Shown piece after piece: positions 58,706 to 64,000 of a stretch of 64,000 bases of DNA. Position 1 is the first letter of the stretch. Each line of letters opens with the position of its first letter. The stretch is from positions 4,817 to 68,816 of the forward strand of contig CALMRA010000288.1 of assembly GCA_937872065.1 (NCBI GenBank), in the 5' to 3' direction. The notes under the pieces are model-generated. The model was not told the origin of the DNA. It was given only the letters and a program-made list of their open reading frames with translations, and ran no database searches. This DNA is from an uncultured Eubacteriaceae bacterium (GTDB taxonomy: Bacteria; Bacillota; Clostridia; Eubacteriales; Eubacteriaceae). A program made the position numbers and the translations under genes.

Positions 58706-60439
58706 ATGTTAAAAAAAGGAATCGGAGCATCACCGGGAATCGCGATCGCAAAAGCGTTTGTTTATGAAAAAGTAGAAGCTGAAATTCCGCAGTATACGGT
58801 CGAAGACCGCGACGCGGAAATCGAACGTCTGCAGCGGGCGCTTGACGAAAGCAAGACGCAGCTTCTTCAGATCAAAGATAAGGCGGCGGAAGCTCTGGGC
58901 GCGGAAGAAGCGGAAGTCTTTGAAGCGCACGCGATGATCCTCGAAGACCCGGAATTTGCGGATGCAATCAAAAATGAAATCAGCAGCAGCGGAACCAACG
59001 CGGTTCAGGCTGCAAAGGGCGTCGTCGACATGTTTTACGCGATGTTCGACGCGATGGACGATCCGTATTTCCGCGGCAGGGCGGCGGATATCAGAGACGT
59101 CGGAACCCGTGTCATCAACAATCTGCTCGGCATCGAAAACATCGACCTGTCCAGCATGCCTGAAGATACGATCCTGATCGCGGAAGACCTTGCACCGTCA
59201 GATACGGCACAGATGGATAAAGTCCATGTCAAAGGCTTTGCGACGGATATCGGCAGCCGTACGAGCCATACGGCCATTATGGCGCGCAGCCTGGAAATCC
59301 CGGCGGTCCTCGGACTCGGCGATATCACGACGGCAGCAAAAACAGGCGATCTGGTCATTGTAGACGGATCGACTGGCGAAGTAATCGTACTGCCGACAGC
59401 CGAAGAACTCGAAAAATACAAGGCTCTTCAGGCGAAATTTATCGCATATCAGAAAGAACTGGCGGAACTGAAGGACGCGGAAGCGATCACGACAGACGGC
59501 CACAGAGTCGAACTCGTCGGCAATATAGGTTCTCCGAACGATATCGAAGGCGTACTGAAGAACGGCGGAGAAGGCGTAGGCCTCTATCGTACGGAATTCC
59601 TGTACATGGACTCCGACACGATGCCTGACGAAGAAGTTCAGTTCACAGCATATAAGAAGGTTATTCAGGCTTTCGGCGACAGACCGGTCATTATCCGCAC
59701 GCTCGACATCGGCGGCGACAAGAAGCTGCCGTATCTGCCGCTTGAAGAAGAAATGAATCCGTTCCTCGGACTGCGCGCGATCCGTCTGTGCTTCCAGAAT
59801 GAAGAACTGTTCAAGACGCAGCTGCGCGCGATTCTTCGCGCAAGCGCCTTCGGAAATGCGAAAATCATGTTCCCGATGATCTCCGTCGTATCGGAAGTTA
59901 TCCAGGGCAAGAAGCTTCTTGCTGAATGCATGAAGGAACTCGACGACGAAAAGATCGCCTACAATAAGGACATCTCTGTCGGGATCATGGTAGAAATACC
60001 TGCCGCGGCAGTGACTGCCGATATCATCGTTCCGGAAGTATCGTTCTTCTCGATCGGTACGAACGACCTGTGCCAGTACACACTGGCGGTAGACAGGATG
60101 AATCAGAACGTTTCGTATCTGTACGATCCCTTCCATCCTGCGATTATCCGTCTCGTCAAGAACGTAATCCAGGCTTCACACTCAGAAGTCGGAAAATTCA
60201 CGGGTATGTGCGGCGAATTCGCCGGCGATCCCTATGCGACACTGCTGCTGATGGGCCTCGGACTGGACGAATTCTCGATGAGCGCATCAAGCATTCCGCA
60301 GGTCAAGAAGATCATACGCAGCGTTTCGTATCAGCAGGCTCAGGATATCGCCAACAAGGCGCTGACGCTGTCAACAGGAAAAGAAGTGCTCGATTATATT
60401 AAGGGCGAATTAGATAAACTCGGCATCACCGTCATGTGA
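58706..60439 (+). CDS. ptsI: phosphoenolpyruvate--protein phosphotransferase (PTS enzyme I)
   Basis: Phospho-His context GSRTSHTAIMARS and C-terminal GTNDLCQY. ATG 58706 after GTGAGGA. Confidence 0.95.
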   Translation: MLKKGIGASPGIAIAKAFVYEKVEAEIPQYTVEDRDAEIERLQRALDESKTQLLQIKDKAAEALGAEEAEVFEAHAMILEDPEFADAIKNEISSSGTNAVQAAKGVVDMFYAMFDAMDDPYFRGRAADIRDVGTRVINNLLGIENIDLSSMPEDTILIAEDLAPSDTAQMDKVHVKGFATDIGSRTSHTAIMARSLEIPAVLGLGDITTAAKTGDLVIVDGSTGEVIVLPTAEELEKYKALQAKFIAYQKELAELKDAEAITTDGHRVELVGNIGSPNDIEGVLKNGGEGVGLYRTEFLYMDSDTMPDEEVQFTAYKKVIQAFGDRPVIIRTLDIGGDKKLPYLPLEEEMNPFLGLRAIRLCFQNEELFKTQLRAILRASAFGNAKIMFPMISVVSEVIQGKKLLAECMKELDDEKIAYNKDISVGIMVEIPAAAVTADIIVPEVSFFSIGTNDLCQYTLAVDRMNQNVSYLYDPFHPAIIRLVKNVIQASHSEVGKFTGMCGEFAGDPYATLLLMGLGLDEFSMSASSIPQVKKIIRSVSYQQAQDIANKALTLSTGKEVLDYIKGELDKLGITVM

Positions 60440-60457
60440 TCGCCGACGGGGGTGAAG

Positions 60458-60739
60458 ATGAGTACAAGTGAAAAAGCCTCGCGGGAGGTAACTGTCACGA
60501 ATGAAACCGGCCTGCATGCAAGACCGGCTTCGCAGTTCGTCCAGAAGGCCGCGCACCATAAAGCGGATATTCATGTTATCAAGGATAACAGGCATATCAA
60601 CGCGAAAAGCATTATGGGAATCTTATCCGGCGGGATCGCTCAGGGTTCGAAGATCACGATCGAAGCGGAAGGCCCGGATGCTCAGGAAGCGGTTGACGAG
60701 CTGGTGGATCTGATTGAAAACGGCTTTGACGACGAATAA
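60458..60739 (+). CDS. ptsH: phosphocarrier protein HPr
   Basis: His15 context GLHARPA and Ser46 context NAKSIMGIL. ATG 60458 preferred over GTG 60452. Confidence 0.9.
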   Translation: MSTSEKASREVTVTNETGLHARPASQFVQKAAHHKADIHVIKDNRHINAKSIMGILSGGIAQGSKITIEAEGPDAQEAVDELVDLIENGFDDE

Positions 60740-60828
60740 TGTCGCTGCTGCCGCTTAAGAGGGTATATGCTGTTTAACAGGCATAACCTGAAAATATGCG
60801 GGTAAATCCCGTAATAACGGAGGAAATT

Positions 60829-61233
60829 ATGAGCTGCGAAAAAGGTAATTTTATCTGCGGTCTTTTTATCGGCGCGCTTATCGGGACGGCGGCAGGAATG
60901 CTGACGGCACCGGAATCCGGCAAGGATACGAGAAACAGGATCAAGAAGGATACGGAAGACGCTTTCGGATCTGTCTATGATCAGGCTGCCGAATACGGCG
61001 ATTCGATGAAGAAACAGTTCGACGAATTCGCTGACGGCATCAACGAAAAGATCAATCAGTACAAAATGCAGATTGAAAACAAGATCCAGGAAATCCAGGA
61101 TGAAGTAAACCAGGATATCGCGGATCTTAACGAAGAACTCGAAAAGCTTCAGGACGAAGAAGAAGCACAGGCTCAGAACGCGGCTGTCGGAGCGGAAGAA
61201 TCCGCTGCAGGAGCGGGAGCTGACGCTAAATAA
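60829..61233 (+). CDS. YtxH-domain general-stress-type protein
   Basis: N-terminal TM plus LTAPESGKDTRNRIKKD, the YtxH signature. Coiled acidic tail. ATG 60829 after GGAGGAAA. Confidence 0.8.
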   Translation: MSCEKGNFICGLFIGALIGTAAGMLTAPESGKDTRNRIKKDTEDAFGSVYDQAAEYGDSMKKQFDEFADGINEKINQYKMQIENKIQEIQDEVNQDIADLNEELEKLQDEEEAQAQNAAVGAEESAAGAGADAK

Positions 61234-61571
61234 TGATTACTTTTTCGATGAGCTGGTGGGAACTCGCTCTGATGATCATCGCAATCGCGGTAATCTTCGG
61301 AACGGTGGCTCTCGTCAGGCTTTTGAAATCTGTTTCCGCAACGGTTGAAACTGCGGAAAACATGATGAAGGAAAACAGGAAGCAGATCGACGCGATCGTT
61401 GAAAATATCGACGGAATTACGAACAATACGAACGATATAACCGCGAAAGCGAACGTGATGACGGATAATCTCGAACAGACGATGCGTCACATGGAAGAAG
61501 ATGTCCTGAATCCTGCAATTGCGGTAATGAGCAAGATCTCTAAGATACTCGGGATCCTGAAAAAGAAATGA
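61233..61571 (+). CDS. DUF948 (YtxG-like) membrane-anchored protein
   Basis: 112 aa with an N-terminal TM followed by coiled repeats. TAATG overlap with the YtxH gene. Confidence 0.7.
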   Translation: MITFSMSWWELALMIIAIAVIFGTVALVRLLKSVSATVETAENMMKENRKQIDAIVENIDGITNNTNDITAKANVMTDNLEQTMRHMEEDVLNPAIAVMSKISKILGILKKK

Positions 61572-61578
61572 TTTAAAC

Positions 61579-61608
61579 AAAAACCGGGCTCCCCGGTTTT
61601 TGTTTTTT
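61579..61608 (+). terminator. terminator after the DUF948 gene
   Basis: Stem aaaccggg / cccggttt followed by a T-rich run. Confidence 0.75.
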
Positions 61609-61620
61609 GAAAAAGGGTAT
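61596..61620 (+). promoter_or_regulatory. sigma-B-type promoter candidate (GTTTTT-13-GGGTAT)
   Basis: GTTTTT at 61596-61601, 13-nt spacer, GGGTAT at 61615-61620. Compare the Bacillus sigma-B consensus GTTTAA-N12-15-GGGWAW. About 90 nt upstream of the rsbV-like gene. Confidence 0.5.
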
Positions 61621-61707
61621 AAACAATAACCGGATAACTTGCTTTCGTGATTTAAAACATTTGCAAAAAGAGCAGAACAAATCTTTAAAAGCTTAGGAGA
61701 AAAGCGT

Positions 61708-62016
61708 ATGTTAACAATAGATTTATTAAATGACGGACGTAAAGGCTGCAAGATTACTGGAGAAGTCGACGTAGCAGTGGCCGCACCGTTTAGGGAAGCG
61801 CTTCAGAAAGCTGTTGATTCGGGAACTGAAGAGATTTATCTGGATCTTTCAGATATGGATTATATTGACAGTACGGGTATCGGCATTCTTATCGATATGA
61901 AAAAGAACGTAATGAAGCCGGGGCAGCAGTTTATCCTGATTCATCCGAAGCGCAGCATCGCGAAGCTGTTTCAGCTTACGGGCGTAGATCAGATATTCCA
62001 GATCGCGGAGGCGTGA
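61708..62016 (+). CDS. rsbV: STAS-domain anti-sigma-factor antagonist (RsbV/SpoIIAA family)
   Basis: 102 aa. Phosphorylatable Ser context DYIDSTGIGILI. Confidence 0.85.
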   Translation: MLTIDLLNDGRKGCKITGEVDVAVAAPFREALQKAVDSGTEEIYLDLSDMDYIDSTGIGILIDMKKNVMKPGQQFILIHPKRSIAKLFQLTGVDQIFQIAEA

Positions 62017-62017
62017 C

Positions 62018-62476
62018 ATGAGCACACAGGAACAGGATCTTTCCAGGCAGCTTCTAAACGGTGAACAGGTCATGCTTGAGCTACCGGGGATGCCGGAGTT
62101 TATTTCTCTGGCCCGTCTGTCGGCTGCATCCGTCGGAAACATCATCGGATTTCCGATCGATGATATCGAAGATCTGAAGGTCGCGCTCTCTGAAGCGTGC
62201 ACGAATGCGATGCAGTACGGATGCGATGAATATATGACCTATACAGTCACTTTCACACTGTATTCCGATCGTCTTATCGTCGATGTAGCGGATAAAGGAC
62301 AGGGGTGTGATTTTGAAGCCCTGCAGGAGCCCGCTCTCAACGGTACCCAGGTCGGGGGCTTCGGCCTGTACATAATCCGTACTCTGATGGACGAGATGAA
62401 TATTGACTGCAGCGAGGGAGCAGGGACTGTACTGACCATGACGAAACTTCTGAGGCCGCAGCATGGAATACAATAA
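62018..62476 (+). CDS. rsbW: anti-sigma factor serine kinase (RsbW/SpoIIAB family)
   Basis: IEDLKVALSEACTNAMQYG is closer to the RsbW N-box (IEDLKIAVSEACTNAVQH) than to SpoIIAB. G-box GGFGLYIIRTLMDE. Confidence 0.85.
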   Translation: MSTQEQDLSRQLLNGEQVMLELPGMPEFISLARLSAASVGNIIGFPIDDIEDLKVALSEACTNAMQYGCDEYMTYTVTFTLYSDRLIVDVADKGQGCDFEALQEPALNGTQVGGFGLYIIRTLMDEMNIDCSEGAGTVLTMTKLLRPQHGIQ

Positions 62477-63215
62477 CCAGTTCTCCAAGGAAGAGGCCAA
62501 GGAGATGTTTCGGGAGCTGAAGAAGACGGGAGACCGGGAGATTCGAAAGCAGCTTATCGAAAATTATATGTATATTCCGAAGCTTCTCGTAAAAAAATAC
62601 GCCTACCGGAGCGGAGATGTCGAGGATATTTACCAGGTAGCCTGTCTGGGACTCATGTATGCGGTAGACCGGTATGATCCGGAACGCGGCTATGAATTCG
62701 ACACCTTCGCCTCTCCGACGATTATCGGCGAGATCAAAAAGTATTACAGAGACAAGCAGTTTATCATCCGGGTTCCGAGACGGATTCAGGAGCTGAACAG
62801 GGAGATCAACAGGGCGCGCACAACCCTCGAGCACAAGCTGATGCGCACGCCTACCATCAAGGAGATCGCCCAGTACCTGGAGGTCACGGAAGAACAGGTG
62901 ATCGAAGCGCTCGAAGGCAACAACGTGTTTTATCCGAAATCGCTGTCGATGGAATTCGACAACAATTCGGACGGGCAGGAAACGACGCTGATGGATCTGA
63001 TCGGCGAAGAAGACGAACAGATCGATAATATCGCGAACGTCGAAGATCTTCGTCAGCGGCTCGCGACGCTCAATCCGGTGGAACGGATGATTATCGAAGA
63101 ACGTTACTATAAAGGAAAGACGCAGAAAGAGGTAGCCGCGATTATCGGGAAATCTCAGATGACGGTTTCAAGACTCGAAAAGAAGGTCATGGAGAAACTG
63201 CGTTCCGACAAATAA
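62463..63215 (+). CDS. sigB: group-3 sigma factor, SigB-like (SigB/SigF family)
   Basis: FASPTIIGEIKKYYRDKQFIIRVPRRIQEL and GKSQMTVSRLEKK match the SigB-type VPRRIKEL / SQMHVSRLQRK contexts better than SigF (VSRSLKEM), judged from memory. 250 aa. Confidence 0.75.
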   Translation: MEYNNQFSKEEAKEMFRELKKTGDREIRKQLIENYMYIPKLLVKKYAYRSGDVEDIYQVACLGLMYAVDRYDPERGYEFDTFASPTIIGEIKKYYRDKQFIIRVPRRIQELNREINRARTTLEHKLMRTPTIKEIAQYLEVTEEQVIEALEGNNVFYPKSLSMEFDNNSDGQETTLMDLIGEEDEQIDNIANVEDLRQRLATLNPVERMIIEERYYKGKTQKEVAAIIGKSQMTVSRLEKKVMEKLRSDK

Positions 63216-63242
63216 AAAGGACTCCGGACGGAGTCCTTTTTT
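63215..63242 (+). terminator. terminator after the sigma factor gene
   Basis: Stem aggactcc / ggagtcct with a 4-nt loop, followed by T6. Confidence 0.85.
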
Positions 63243-63385
63243 AGTGGACAAAAGGCGCTCCGGGACCGGCTTTCGATAAAAAGGATATGGAAATGCAAAC
63301 GGTTGTGTTATAGAATGGACAATGCAGATGAAAACCTGTACAATTATGAAAAAAGAATGCTACGGACCCAAAGAAGGAGAGCGAA

Positions 63386-64000
63386 ATGAAAACATATCCA
63401 ACAAAAAACATCAGAAACATTCTTCTGCTCGGACACGGCGGATGCGGAAAGACTACGCTGACTGAAGCGCTGGCGTTTAATGCCGGAGCGATTGACAGGA
63501 TGGGACGCATCGACGAAGGAAATACGCTGTCCGATTTCGACGCGGAAGAAAAGAGACGGATGTTCTCAATCTCCTCCTCGGTCATTCCCGTTGAATACGG
63601 CGGACATAAAATTAATATTATCGATGTCCCCGGCTATTTTGACTTTATCGGAGACGCCTATGCCGCTCTCCGGGTGGCGGATGCCGCCGTGATTGTCGTC
63701 GACGCCCTTTCGGGGGTTCAGGTCGGCACCGAAAAAGCGCTGGAACTGCTTGAAAAAGCGGATATCCCTGCTTTTATTGTCGTCAATAAGGGAGACCGCG
63801 ACAACGCGGACTTCGGCAAGGTTCTCGACAGCCTCAAGGACCTGCTGGGCAACAAGGTTATCCCGTTCGAACTTCCGATGGGCGAAGGCGAACAGATGCG
63901 CGGGGTCGTTAATATTGTCGATATGACAGGCAGCGAACGAAGAGACAACCGCTGTTTCGATACGACTGTTCCCGATGAAATGAAGGAAGATCTTGCGCCC
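63386..64000 (+). CDS. EF-G-family translational GTPase paralogue, 5' fragment (continues beyond the window)
   Basis: My own translation from ATG 63386 (after AAGGAGA) gives MKTYPTKNIRNILLLGHGGCGKTTLTEAL ... IIDVPGYFDF ... VNKGDR, with no stop before 64000. Absent from the ORF track because it is open-ended. Confidence 0.85.
   Translation, partial: MKTYPTKNIRNILLLGHGGCGKTTLTEALAFNAGAIDRMGRIDEGNTLSDFDAEEKRRMFSISSSVIPVEYGGHKINIIDVPGYFDFIGDAYAALRVADAAVIVVDALSGVQVGTEKALELLEKADIPAFIVVNKGDRDNADFGKVLDSLKDLLGNKVIPFELPMGEGEQMRGVVNIVDMTGSERRDNRCFDTTVPDEMKEDLAP

Noticed and set aside
60741-60805. Sigma-B-like hexamers upstream of the YtxH gene: GGGTAT at 60761-60766, GTTTAA at 60772-60777 and GGGTAA at 60800-60805.
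   Set aside because: The perfect GTTTAA is 22 nt from GGGTAA, while the consensus spacing is 12-15 nt. The first GGGTAT has only a poor -35 (GTCGCT) at 14 nt. The match is suggestive but does not form a promoter under known spacing rules.
61708-63215. Calling the three-gene module spoIIAA-spoIIAB-sigF.
   Set aside because: The diagnostic stretches look more SigB/RsbW-like, a sigma-B-type promoter lies upstream, and general-stress genes are adjacent. A SigF identity is not excluded without a phylogeny, so confidence in the gene symbols is moderate.

Overview
This looks like a chromosomal segment from a moderately GC-rich, Clostridia-like Firmicute. Almost every gene is on the + strand. I saw no rRNA, tRNA, CRISPR array, transposase or integrase. 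Left third: TRAP permease/LacI/uxaC hexuronate genes, a YtrA-type GntR-ABC operon, a short UvrA paralogue, a FAH-GntR pair on the - strand, a complete pyrB-I-C-F-K-D operon, pncB, tsaC, galU, mtnA, pgcA, ddl, argS, tcdA-ispF-mtnN-alr and pyrG. Middle: seven DnaA-box 9-mers in the pyrG-nadE spacer, then nadE and trmB. After these comes an ~18 kb 1,2-propanediol-utilisation microcompartment (BMC) island: a PocR-domain histidine kinase, an AraC-type response regulator, and pduA-B-C-D-E-G-H-K-L-eutJ-M-N-O-P-S-T. Right: dnaX-ybaB-recR, ptsI-ptsH, YtxH/DUF948 stress genes, an RsbV-RsbW-SigB-like module, and the 5' part of an EF-G paralogue that runs off the window and is missing from the ORF track. 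The most interesting item is a translationally coupled pair at the end of the pdu operon (54094-55586). It consists of a ParA/Soj-type ATPase and a 240-aa very acidic, tryptophan-repeat protein that looks disordered, has a Lys-rich N-terminus and shows no ParB features. I interpret this pair as a candidate McdAB-like positioning system for a catabolic microcompartment. That is a hypothesis from sequence and context only. All family calls rest on motifs I recognise by eye; no database search was run.
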